Shown in pieces: positions 19,446 through 30,818 of a DNA stretch of 64,000 bases. The notes under the pieces are model-generated. The model had not been told where the DNA came from and searched no databases. It saw nothing but the letters and a program-made list of their open reading frames with translations. Every line of letters starts with the position of its first letter. Positions within the stretch are counted from its first letter, which is position 1. The stretch spans positions 25,705 through 89,704 of the forward strand of contig JAQSDM010000001.1 of NCBI GenBank assembly GCA_029945945.1, given 5' to 3'. The DNA is from Algoriphagus sp. Its GTDB lineage: Bacteria > Bacteroidota > Bacteroidia > Cytophagales > Cyclobacteriaceae. The translations under genes and the position numbers were made by a program.

Positions 19446-19826
19446 CTAAACAGAACAAGAAAAATCCTCGGTGCTCCAAACCACTATAGAGTTTTCAAGT
19501 ATCTCCGGGTCGATATCTCCTTTCCCCTCACCAATGGATCCGATTTGTTTGCCATCACAAGTATAAACCGGAGGAGGCAGAGTCGAACAGTTTGCACAGC
19601 AGTTTCGAACAACGAAAACAGTTTTGAGCCTGTACTTGGCTTGAGAAATATAAAAAACGTCTCTTGGACCAGAGTTATCTAATTCTTCAGCAATGTCTGC
19701 TAACCAATCCAAGTCCCTGACAGGGTTTTCAACATTACAGGCCGGACCGGGAACTACATCTTCCTGACAGGAAAAGCTCAAGGCCATTAAAAACACAAGT
19801 GGGAAAGCAATTCTTTTTACTGACAT
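19446..19826 (-). CDS. Small Cys-rich lipoprotein, unknown function
   Basis: Lipobox LSFSC; CCANC and YTCDG motifs. Confidence 0.8.
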   Translation of the reverse strand: MSVKRIAFPLVFLMALSFSCQEDVVPGPACNVENPVRDLDWLADIAEELDNSGPRDVFYISQAKYRLKTVFVVRNCCANCSTLPPPVYTCDGKQIGSIGEGKGDIDPEILENSIVVWSTEDFSCSV

Positions 19827-19902
19827 ATTTTTAGAGTATAGTGAGGAAAGGAATTAGTTAGCTCGTACAATATTGCCTAATAATTGCATTAACGAAAAAA
19901 AT

Positions 19903-19931
19903 AAACCCGTATCCTGACAGGATACGGGTTT
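19903..19931 (-). terminator. Intrinsic terminator of the SDR gene
   Basis: AAACCCGTATCCTG-a-CAGGATACGGGTTT perfect inverted repeat with adjacent A-run. Confidence 0.75.
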
Positions 19932-19937
19932 CGGAAT

Positions 19938-20690
19938 TTACTGAGCCAAATATCCTCCGTCAACAGGATAGTAAGAACCTGTGACGAATGATGATTTTGG
20001 CGAAGCAAGCCAAAGGATCAATTCAGCAACCTCTTCCGATTCGCCCAATCTTCCGATGGGATGCAATCCGACCAAAAAACCTCTTGTAGCTTCATCGAGC
20101 GCATTCATCACCAAAGGGGTGTTGATATAACCCGGCCCAACCGAATTGACCCGGATATTCTTAGCTGCATATTCCAATGCGACGGCTTTGGTAACGCCCA
20201 CTACCCCATGCTTGGCTGCGACATATGCCGGAGAATTACGGGTGCCTGCCATTCCAAGAATTGAGGCAATATTGACAATGCTTCCTCCTCCGTTTTTTTC
20301 CATGGCCGGCAATTGGAAATGCATCCCGTAGAATACACCGGAAAGGTTGATGTCGATTACTTTTTTCCAGCCATCAAGAGGATATTCTCCTGTTGGTGCG
20401 ATCGGTCCGCCGATTCCGGCATTATTGACCGCAATATCCAGCTTCCCGTATTTCTCCAGAGTGCTTTTTACCAATGCCTCATTATCTTCTGGTATTGAGG
20501 TGTCGGCTTTGATGAAAAAGGCTTCTCCCCCATTTTTGATGATTTCAGCGACTACTTGTTTTCCATGCTCTTCCTGAATATCAGATATAACTACTTTCGC
20601 ACCTTCTTTTGCAAAAAGAAGCGCAGCCGCTTTTCCAATTCCTGAACCCGAACCCGTGATGATAGCGACTTTATTTTCAAGTGTTTTCAT
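19938..20690 (-). CDS. SDR family NAD(P)-dependent oxidoreductase
   Basis: TGSGSGIG, NNAGI, YVAAK (YxxxK), VDGG. Confidence 0.95.
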   Translation of the reverse strand: MKTLENKVAIITGSGSGIGKAAALLFAKEGAKVVISDIQEEHGKQVVAEIIKNGGEAFFIKADTSIPEDNEALVKSTLEKYGKLDIAVNNAGIGGPIAPTGEYPLDGWKKVIDINLSGVFYGMHFQLPAMEKNGGGSIVNIASILGMAGTRNSPAYVAAKHGVVGVTKAVALEYAAKNIRVNSVGPGYINTPLVMNALDEATRGFLVGLHPIGRLGESEEVAELILWLASPKSSFVTGSYYPVDGGYLAQ

Positions 20691-21098
20691 ATGAAATAGT
20701 GATTAATTAAAAGATACAATTCGAAGTAAATTTTGACTGGGTAACTTTTATCCCAACGGAAAAAAAGGTTAAAAAGACACTAATTCAGGGCTTTTATTCC
20801 ATTGTCTGATTTAAATCATGTATTGGAAAATAATTTGAACGGAACCAATTAGTGCTTTTTCACTCCTCGAATTTCCTATAAAAAATTCTTATGCTGAAAA
20901 CGAATCCTGGAAATTTTTAGCTATTAACCTACCTCTCAGTCAAATATTTAAGTAAATTGATTTACAATATTTTACAGCAGTTCATCTGCAAATCAGGATG
21001 TCATCCAAAGGCATCGGAACGTTTTTAAATCGACTTAACAGTTTGTAAGTATCTCTCTTAAAAAATTAATTTTCTAAACCAATTTAACCCAAAAAGCT

Positions 21099-21305
21099 AT
21101 GGCAATTGTAAAAGTAATTGAAGTAATCGCCTCTTCAGAAAAAGGAATTGAAGATGCCATCCAACAATGTGTAACCGAGGTTTCAAAAACCATTCGAAAC
21201 ATTGATTCTGTTTATGTGAAAGACACCAAAGTTCACGTGAAGGATGGGAAAATAACTTCTTTCGGTGTGATTTGTAAAGTATCATTTCGCGTTTCTGAAA
21301 ACTAG
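21099..21305 (+). CDS. Dodecin family flavin-binding protein
   Basis: KVIEVIASSEKGIEDAIQ...KTIRNI...KVSF; 68 aa. Confidence 0.9.
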   Translation: MAIVKVIEVIASSEKGIEDAIQQCVTEVSKTIRNIDSVYVKDTKVHVKDGKITSFGVICKVSFRVSEN

Positions 21306-21333
21306 GCTGCAATTAGTTTCCGGTGTTTTCATC

Positions 21334-21364
21334 AGGGAGTAGAAAGAATCTACTCCCTTTTTTT
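21334..21364 (+). terminator. Dodecin terminator
   Basis: AGGGAGTAGA-aagaa-TCTACTCCCT plus T-run. Confidence 0.8.
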
Positions 21365-21543
21365 ATTTCTAAACTGTGTAATTTTTTTCTGTTCGTCGTA
21401 AAAAATTCGAATGCCTCAATTTTTGATGAATTATCGTAACAAGGCTATCAACCTATCGTCCATTCAGGACTTCTTAATTACTTCCGGACAAAAAAAAACG
21501 ACAGAGAAATCAATCCCTGCCGCTTCTGTTTTATCAGATTTTC

Positions 21544-22593
21544 TTACTTCTTCAGCGATGCCATATCAATCACAAATCGATAATGAACATCCCCGGAGAT
21601 CGTGCGCTCATAGGCTTCGTTGATTTGATCCATTTGGATCACTTCCACATCTGACACAATCCCATGCTCGGCACAGAAATCCAGCATCTCCTGAGTTTCC
21701 TTAATCCCTCCGACTAAAGAGCCCACCAGACTTTTTCTTCCTCTGATCAGTGATCCTGCAGATACTTTTTCCATTTCAGGAGGCGCACCTAAAAGGACCA
21801 TTACTCCATCTGTCTTCAATAGTGCCAGGTAAGCGTTGTAATCGTTTTGACCAGATACTGTATTGATAATGAGATGAAATGACCCGGCCATTTTCTTCAT
21901 GTTCTCCGGATTCGTTGTGAGTTCAAAATGATGGGCTCCCAGTCTCCCGGCATCCTTTGCTTTTTCCGGTGATCGGCTGAGCATGGTGACTTCTGCTCCC
22001 ATTGCGGAAGCTAATTTCACCGCCATATGTCCTAAACCTCCCAATCCAACTACGGCGACTTTATCTCCTTTTTTTACTTTCCAATGGCGCAAAGGGGAAT
22101 AAGTAGTGATTCCGGCACATAAAAGCGGAGCAACTCCCTCCAGAGGTAAGTTTTTGGGAACCTTCAAAACAAACTTTTCAGTGACTACAATATGGGTAGA
22201 GTAACCTCCATAAGTAATGGTCTTCTTGTCCTGAAGAAAGGAATTGTAAGTTTGGGAATGGCCATTTTCGCAGTATTGCTCCAAATCTTCGGAGCAGTTC
22301 GTACAGTGTCCGCAAGAATCTACAAAGACCCCAACTCCTACTATATCCCCAATCTGGTGTTTGGTGACTTCAGGTCCTACTGCAGATACTTTTCCTACGA
22401 TTTCATGTCCGGGCACAACCGGATACTTGGTTCCTCCCCATTCGTTTCTGGCCGTATGGATGTCAGAATGACAAACGCCGGAATACAAAATTTCAATTTC
22501 TACATCTTTGGGTCCGGGAGTTCTTCTTTCCAAGTCAAAGGGTCCAAGGGGCAGGTCAGCTTGCTGCGCTGCATATGCTTTTACAAGTGTCAT
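21544..22593 (-). CDS. Zn-dependent NAD(P) alcohol dehydrogenase (cinnamyl-alcohol/YahK-like)
   Basis: GVCHSD, GHEIVG, CGHCTNC...C, PLLCAGITTY, GLGGLG, YRFVID. Confidence 0.95.
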   Translation of the reverse strand: MTLVKAYAAQQADLPLGPFDLERRTPGPKDVEIEILYSGVCHSDIHTARNEWGGTKYPVVPGHEIVGKVSAVGPEVTKHQIGDIVGVGVFVDSCGHCTNCSEDLEQYCENGHSQTYNSFLQDKKTITYGGYSTHIVVTEKFVLKVPKNLPLEGVAPLLCAGITTYSPLRHWKVKKGDKVAVVGLGGLGHMAVKLASAMGAEVTMLSRSPEKAKDAGRLGAHHFELTTNPENMKKMAGSFHLIINTVSGQNDYNAYLALLKTDGVMVLLGAPPEMEKVSAGSLIRGRKSLVGSLVGGIKETQEMLDFCAEHGIVSDVEVIQMDQINEAYERTISGDVHYRFVIDMASLKK

Positions 22594-22834
22594 GAAGATT
22601 TGGTTTTTTTAATTAATAATGGGTCTTTATGTGAGTCAGTTTTGAAATTTCGAAATAAGATAAGCTATTCAGAAAACATATTTAACAAACTTTCCATGAA
22701 GTCAGATGTCAGCCTTTTTGAAAATTATAATCTTCAAAAGGTCGTGATTTTAAGCAGAAGAAACTGATTTCAGGTTTAGGGAAATCGCACTCATTCCTTT
22801 ATATTTTGCCAAAAACAAGGCCCAAAAAACCAGT

Positions 22835-23410
22835 ATGTCTCCTTCCGATATTTTATTCCGGTATGTGAATTCCAAAGCACCAATTACGGAACAAGAATTC
22901 TCCCGATTTAAAGACCTGTTTCACTACCAAAAAGTAAAGACAAATGAGTTTATTCTTCGGGAAGGGGAAGTCTGCATATTTAACCATTTTGTTCTCAAGG
23001 GTTCATTTCGCTTCTTTCATGTAAATCCAGAAGGTCAGGAACTTACCCGCTATTTTGCTTTTGAAAATAAGTTTGGCACCAACCTCACAAGCTTGATCGA
23101 AGGAACTCCTTCTCATGAATACATCCAAGCAGTGGAACCTTCGGAAGTATTAAAAATCCGCTCCAGTGACTTTTTTCGGTTGGTGGAGACGGTTCCTCAA
23201 ATCAACCTTGTTTATCGCAATATCCTGCAAAATGCCTACATCACCTCCCAAAAAAGAATCTACGATCTTCAGGGAATGTCCGCACTGGATCGGCTTAAAT
23301 GGCTTCTGAACCACCAACCTGGGATACTTTCAAGAATTCCAAGCCGAATGGTTGCATCCTATCTGGGGATCACTCCCTATACTCTGAGCCGACTCAAATC
23401 TGAGCTTTAG
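22835..23410 (+). CDS. Crp/Fnr family regulator
   Basis: cNMP-binding-like N-terminus; C-terminal VASYLGITPYTLSRLK HTH. Confidence 0.9.
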   Translation: MSPSDILFRYVNSKAPITEQEFSRFKDLFHYQKVKTNEFILREGEVCIFNHFVLKGSFRFFHVNPEGQELTRYFAFENKFGTNLTSLIEGTPSHEYIQAVEPSEVLKIRSSDFFRLVETVPQINLVYRNILQNAYITSQKRIYDLQGMSALDRLKWLLNHQPGILSRIPSRMVASYLGITPYTLSRLKSEL

Positions 23411-23493
23411 TCAAATGGAAAAAGTCTTGCTCTGGAGCAATTAACAGGAAATTCCTCCGGGGTAATTTTGGATCTGACTAACAACCGATTCAA

Positions 23494-24204
23494 ATGCAAC
23501 CTAATTCCGGAATATTCAGGTACTGTTTCCTGCTTTTCTCCATACTCTTTGCCATGGTTATTTCCCAATCGGGAAATGCCCAGGAACCACACCAGAGCAC
23601 TTCGCTCAAAACAACCAGTTCAAGTCCACCCATTCCTTTTGAGATTTTTTTGGGGCACGAGCAGCTCAATTTCCAGTTGATCGTCAAAAAAAAATTCTCC
23701 CCAACCAGTAAGTTTGACCTGCTGGCTATTTCTATTTTTTCAGAAAATTGGGATAAGGAGAATAAAATGGGGAACTCTGTGGTGATCCCTTTTCAGGTTA
23801 ACTACAACATCGGAAAAAAAGGGTTTGCTGTGGCAGCCGGTGGTGAAGGAAATTCTATCACTGGATTTAGTCCATTAATCGGGGTGGGGCACAGCTTCGC
23901 CAACAGGAAGATTTTGGCTATCTCGGTTCTCAATTACCTGATTAATGAAGGCCAGGATTTGAAGCTGTTTGGTTTGTATGAGTTTAAGCCACCAATCAAT
24001 GAAACATGGTCCTTGTACAGCCGCTTGCAGGTTGTCTATAACCACAGCCTGGCGGAAAATCACCACAACCGAAGCTTTCTATACCTCAGGGCAGGTTTAA
24101 AAAAAGGGCCCTTGGGTTTTGGTCTTGGCGCCAACTGGGACAAATATGGTCCTGATAAAATCCCCAAGGATAATTACGGGGTTTTCACGAGATGGGAATT
24201 TTAG
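23494..24204 (+). CDS. Hypothetical outer-membrane beta-barrel-like protein
   Basis: Signal peptide, alternating beta-strand pattern, C-terminal YGVFTRWEF. Confidence 0.7.
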   Translation: MQPNSGIFRYCFLLFSILFAMVISQSGNAQEPHQSTSLKTTSSSPPIPFEIFLGHEQLNFQLIVKKKFSPTSKFDLLAISIFSENWDKENKMGNSVVIPFQVNYNIGKKGFAVAAGGEGNSITGFSPLIGVGHSFANRKILAISVLNYLINEGQDLKLFGLYEFKPPINETWSLYSRLQVVYNHSLAENHHNRSFLYLRAGLKKGPLGFGLGANWDKYGPDKIPKDNYGVFTRWEF

Positions 24205-24425
24205 GATTTAGGGAGAGTGAAAAAAGTGATTGTTTCTCCAGAAGCCTGATCGAGGAAGGTTGCTTAATTTCGGTGACGGTCTAGGGACTTTCCTTTTATT
24301 TTCTAAATGTTACAGGAAAAATATTCAGGTTCTTCAAACCAGAAGCCCTGGTTTTAACTACCATTTTACTGTCCTTATCATAGATATTTTGAAATTTCCT
24401 CATTTTCGGTGATCTTTTCTCAAGA

Positions 24426-25340
24426 ATGCATCCAACCACCGATCTCGATTCCATCAGCCTAAACTTCTCTACCGAAGACTTACTAGTACTAAATCTTGCA
24501 TTGGCGCTAATCATGTATGGGGTAGCCCTCGATTTGAGATTTGCAGACTTCATGTATCTGGTCAAGAATCCCAAAGGTTTTTTCCTTGGGATATTTTCTC
24601 AGTTCATCCTCCTTCCTTTTTTTACCTGGTGCCTGATCCTGATTATTCAGCCACCCCCTAGCGTGGCCTTGGGAATGTTTTTGGTTGCAGCTTGTCCCGG
24701 AGGGAATGTTTCCAATTTCCTTACCAATTATGCCAAAGGAAATACTGCCCTTTCAGTAAGTCTTACCGGGTTTTCAACAATTCTGGCGATCGTAACCACT
24801 CCGTTAAATTTTGCGATTTATGCAGGAATGTATGGTCCGACTGCCTCCCTCCTTCGGGAAATAAGCCTTGATTACCAGGATGTTTTTTTTACTGTATCGC
24901 TTATTCTCGGCATCCCTTTGATCCTTGGTATCCTCACGCATCAATACGCCACAAAATTTGCAGAAAAGGCGTCTAAAGTTCTTAAACCGGTCAGTTTGGT
25001 CATTTTTGCCGTTATAGTAATTGTCGCATTTCTGGGAAACCTTGATCTTTTCCTGAAATATATTTCACTGATTTTCCTTTGGGTTTTTGCACATAATCTG
25101 ATCGGATTAGGTGCCGGTTTTTTGACCGGAAAAGTTTTCAGATTGCCACTTGCGGACGTCAAAACAATAACAATTGAAACAGGAATTCAGAATAGCGGCT
25201 TGGGGCTCGTGCTTATTTTCACTTATTTTGACGGACTGGGAGGCATGGCCATCATCACAGCCTGGTGGGGCATCTGGCATCTGATCTCAGGGATTACCAT
25301 TGCCTCTATTTGGAAAAAAACGAATGAAAGACCTGATTAA
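24426..25340 (+). CDS. Bile acid:sodium symporter family transporter
   Basis: ACPGGNVSN, GNTALSVSLT, IETGIQNSGLG. Confidence 0.93.
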   Translation: MHPTTDLDSISLNFSTEDLLVLNLALALIMYGVALDLRFADFMYLVKNPKGFFLGIFSQFILLPFFTWCLILIIQPPPSVALGMFLVAACPGGNVSNFLTNYAKGNTALSVSLTGFSTILAIVTTPLNFAIYAGMYGPTASLLREISLDYQDVFFTVSLILGIPLILGILTHQYATKFAEKASKVLKPVSLVIFAVIVIVAFLGNLDLFLKYISLIFLWVFAHNLIGLGAGFLTGKVFRLPLADVKTITIETGIQNSGLGLVLIFTYFDGLGGMAIITAWWGIWHLISGITIASIWKKTNERPD

Positions 25341-26325
25341 TTTTATCCTTCGATTTCTGGTTAAAGTCGCACTTCACGGTTATTTCCACAAAATCAAAGT
25401 TATTGGCAAAGAAAATATCCCAACAGACAAACCAATCATTTTGGTTTGCAACCATCAAAATGCGCTGATTGACCCTCTTCTGCTTGCTACACATACGCGT
25501 CTGAATCCGTATTTTCTTACCAGGGCATCCGTTTTCCAAAATTCAATCGCGGCAAAATTTCTAAACTATATCAGAATGCTCCCTGTGTATCGGGTGAGAG
25601 ATGGATTATCGACTATACACCAAAATCAAAACACCTTTGATCAGACCTATGAAGTGCTTTGCAAAAATGGAACAGTGATCATTTTCGCAGAGGGAAGTCA
25701 TAGTCACGTCCGAAATGTAAGGCCCCTCATGAAAGGATTTACCCGGATGGCATTCGGGCTGAAAGAGAAATATCCGGATTGCGAACCGGTGATTTTACCT
25801 GTTGGGATTGATTACAGTGCTCATATGCGTTCCGGTAGCAGGGCACTAATTTCCTTTGGAAAGCCGATTCCGGTGGATATGCCCAACTCACAATCTGGAA
25901 AACTTAACAAATCTGTAGAAAAGGCTCTCAAAAATCTTACCGTCGATATCCCGGATGAAAACTATGAAGCTGTTCTTCAATCCCTGTTGGAAAATAACGT
26001 GAACCTGACTTCAAAATCCGATGTGGATGAGTTTTTGGCGACCGGAAAAGTAATAAATCCAGTTCCGGAGATAAACGGATTGGGGAACAAAATGATGAAA
26101 ATCTTTCATTTTCCGCTGTACTGGCTTTGGCTTTGGAAGGAGAAAAGTGTTAAAGACAAGGTTTTCAGTTCCACTTGGAAGTTCCTGATTGGCTTAACTT
26201 TAGCCGGAGCCTGGTATTTTATTTTGCTTTGGCTGGCGATGGATACCCCGGTTGGAAGCTGGGGGTTGACTTTTTTGATTTTGGCTTGGATTACGCTTTG
26301 GAATAATAAAAATCCACAAGAATAA
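25324..26325 (+). CDS. Glycerol-phosphate/lysophospholipid acyltransferase family
   Basis: NHQNALID (HxxxxD), FAEG; ATG at 25324 overlaps the symporter end. Confidence 0.9.
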   Translation: MKDLINFILRFLVKVALHGYFHKIKVIGKENIPTDKPIILVCNHQNALIDPLLLATHTRLNPYFLTRASVFQNSIAAKFLNYIRMLPVYRVRDGLSTIHQNQNTFDQTYEVLCKNGTVIIFAEGSHSHVRNVRPLMKGFTRMAFGLKEKYPDCEPVILPVGIDYSAHMRSGSRALISFGKPIPVDMPNSQSGKLNKSVEKALKNLTVDIPDENYEAVLQSLLENNVNLTSKSDVDEFLATGKVINPVPEINGLGNKMMKIFHFPLYWLWLWKEKSVKDKVFSSTWKFLIGLTLAGAWYFILLWLAMDTPVGSWGLTFLILAWITLWNNKNPQE

Positions 26326-26362
26326 GTTACGGTCAAACCAAATATTATTTGGGTAATTTTTC

Positions 26363-26370
26363 TAGCTTTG
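26363..26370 (+). promoter_or_regulatory. Bacteroidota -7 promoter box for hppD
   Basis: TAGCTTTG matches TAnnTTTG, 35 nt before the ATG. Confidence 0.55.
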
Positions 26371-26404
26371 TTCAGAGAATTATAAACCCAAATTTGACTG
26401 AATT

Positions 26405-27499
26405 ATGACTGAAGACTTCCTTCCCATCAACGGGACTGACTATGTCGAACTTTACGTCGGCAATGCCAAGCAGGCCTCGCTTTTTTATCAATATGCCTTC
26501 GGATTTGAATTAATTGCTTACGCCGGACCGGAAACAGGCGTAAAGGACCGTGCATCCTATGTCCTCAAGCAGGATAAAATCCGATTGGTTTTGACATCCG
26601 CTTTGGATCCGTTTTCAGAAATCGCGGATCATGTAAACAGACATGGTGACGGAGTGAAAGTTCTGGCACTTTGGGTGGATGATGCAGAAAAATCCTGGTG
26701 GGAAACTACAACCCGGGGAGCCGAGTCAGAATTCAAACCAAAAGTTGTTTCTGATCAGTTTGGTGAGGTGAAAATGTCTTCCATCAAAACTTACGGAGAG
26801 ACTATTCACACATTTGTTGAGAGAAAAAATTACAAAGGTGTTTTCCTCCCTGGTTATGTTCCCCGAAAAAGTACTTATACAGCTGAATCAATTGGCCTGA
26901 AGTACGTAGACCATTGCGTTGGGAATGTTCAATTGGGCGAAATGGATCACTGGGTTGAATTCTACGAAAAAGTAATGGGGTTCAAACTCTTGCTCACTTT
27001 TGATGATAAAGACATTTCGACCGAGTATTCAGCTCTGATGAGCAAGGTTGTTTCCAACGGTAACGGCTACATCAAATTCCCAATCAACGAACCAGCAGAA
27101 GGCAAAAAGAAATCTCAGATCGAAGAATATCTCGATTTCTACGGCGGTCCGGGCGTGCAGCATATGGCCATTGCAACAGATAACATTGTTCACACGGTTT
27201 CTGAATTGAGACGACGAGGAGTTGAATTCCTCGAAGTTCCGTCATCTTACTACGATGACTTGCTTGACCGTGTCGGAAAAATTGATGAGGAGCTGGAGCC
27301 TTTGAAAAACATGAATATCCTCGTGGATCGGGATGAAGAAGGCTATCTTCTGCAGATTTTCACCAAACCGGTACAGGACCGCCCCACGCTTTTCTTCGAG
27401 ATCATCCAGAGAAAAGGCGCTAAGTCATTTGGAAAAGGGAACTTCAAAGCACTTTTCGAAGCAATCGAGCGAGAACAGGCACTTAGAGGGAATTTATAA
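26405..27499 (+). CDS. hppD: 4-hydroxyphenylpyruvate dioxygenase
   Basis: DHCVGN, KFPINEP, SQIEEYL, GVQHMA, LLQIFTKP, FFEIIQR, FGKGNFKALFEAIE. Confidence 0.98.
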   Translation: MTEDFLPINGTDYVELYVGNAKQASLFYQYAFGFELIAYAGPETGVKDRASYVLKQDKIRLVLTSALDPFSEIADHVNRHGDGVKVLALWVDDAEKSWWETTTRGAESEFKPKVVSDQFGEVKMSSIKTYGETIHTFVERKNYKGVFLPGYVPRKSTYTAESIGLKYVDHCVGNVQLGEMDHWVEFYEKVMGFKLLLTFDDKDISTEYSALMSKVVSNGNGYIKFPINEPAEGKKKSQIEEYLDFYGGPGVQHMAIATDNIVHTVSELRRRGVEFLEVPSSYYDDLLDRVGKIDEELEPLKNMNILVDRDEEGYLLQIFTKPVQDRPTLFFEIIQRKGAKSFGKGNFKALFEAIEREQALRGNL

Positions 27500-27504
27500 A
27501 AATG

Positions 27505-27531
27505 AAAGCCGGTGATGAGCCGGCTTTTTTT
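27505..27531 (+). terminator. hppD terminator
   Basis: AAAGCCGG-tgatgag-CCGGCTTT plus T-run. Confidence 0.8.
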
Positions 27532-28020
27532 GTTCCTTATTTTGTCACGATTCGGGAAATAATTTAATCTATTTGGGAATCAGGATGTCTTATCAAACAA
27601 GATCGAAAAGCTACTTCATACCCGAATTCCAAATATTCGAAATAAACCTGGTTTGTCTATCAATCTGAAAAACTCAACTTGGATTTGAAACGAGAAACAC
27701 TTTTTATTTTTGCTTGAATTAAACCTCAATTCACTCCAAACGGGATATTTCTAAGCAAAGAAATAGATTTTGTCATACTCCCGTTTCCCTTTTTTGAAAC
27801 ATTAAAAGGGCTTTACTCCACGAAAAATGGACTGGTTTTTATCAGGAGGAGCACATTTCAACTAATAGAACCTTCCTATTCCAACCTTTCCTAAAACAAA
27901 AAGCTTTTTGAAGGAAGATTCTATCAGTGCGGTATCATTTTTTCATTCATATGGGTTGATAAAAAAATCAAAGGAACAACTTAAGGCTGTTCAAAATTTA
28001 CCCTTACTCACCAAGAAAAA

Positions 28021-28968
28021 ATGGAAATAGTCCCTTCCAGATTTAAAATCTCAGATCTGCCTGCATTACTTGTGGTCACATACAAAAGATGGAATTCAGA
28101 AGATCCGTTCCGCATGAGTGCCATTGTAGCCTATTACGCGGTCTTGTCCCTTCCTGCTTTGTTGATTATCCTGATCAATACTGTCGGGGCGATTTGGGGG
28201 GTGGATATCGTGACAGGGAAACTTACCGGTCAAATCTCTGCAGCGCTTGGTGCCGATACAGCCGAATACCTTAGACAAATCATTATCAATACTCAATACA
28301 GTGGGAAATCGACGATTTCTACCATCCTGGGAATCGCAACTTTACTTTTTGGAGCTACCGGAGTTTTCTACCATCTGAAAATTTCCATCAATACCATTTG
28401 GGAATTGAAGCTGACGGATGAATTGACCTGGCCCATGCTGATCCGAGATCGATTGATCAGTTTCAGTTTCGTTTTGGTTCTGGGATTTCTTTTGCTCATC
28501 AGTTTCGTAGTTACTACAGCATTGGCTCTTTTAAGCGATTTGATCTTGCGATCATTCCCCAATATCATACTTCTTGTAGCTTATTTGATCGATTTCACGA
28601 TTTCCTTTGGAGCTGTCACGGTCCTTTTCGCAGTGATTTTCAAATATTTACCGGATGCCAATATCAGATGGAAATCTGTTTGGTTAGGCGCCTTATTGAC
28701 TGCTCTGCTCTTCGTAATTGGGAAGTTTCTGATGGGAATTTATTTCGGGGCTACCGATCCAGGTTCCACTTACGGCGCTGCAGGTTCGATCGTCCTGGTC
28801 TTGATTTGGGTGTCCTATTCTTGCCTAATATTCTTCTTTGGTGCAGAATTCACCAAAGTAATCTCCATCAGATATGGGTATGGAATCAGCCCAAAATCAA
28901 ATTATTCCAGGGTAAAACAAAAAGAAGTGATAGTCGATGAGGCTACCACTTCTTCAAATATTAAATAA
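28021..28968 (+). CDS. YihY/BrkB family membrane protein
   Basis: SAIVAYYAVLSLP, STYGAAGSIVLVLIWVSYS...FFGAEFT. Confidence 0.93.
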   Translation: MEIVPSRFKISDLPALLVVTYKRWNSEDPFRMSAIVAYYAVLSLPALLIILINTVGAIWGVDIVTGKLTGQISAALGADTAEYLRQIIINTQYSGKSTISTILGIATLLFGATGVFYHLKISINTIWELKLTDELTWPMLIRDRLISFSFVLVLGFLLLISFVVTTALALLSDLILRSFPNIILLVAYLIDFTISFGAVTVLFAVIFKYLPDANIRWKSVWLGALLTALLFVIGKFLMGIYFGATDPGSTYGAAGSIVLVLIWVSYSCLIFFFGAEFTKVISIRYGYGISPKSNYSRVKQKEVIVDEATTSSNIK

Positions 28969-28974
28969 GCTTTA

Positions 28975-30792
<1,818 letters not shown>

Positions 30793-30818
30793 GGTGAAAG
30801 AAATTTGGGTGATTATTA

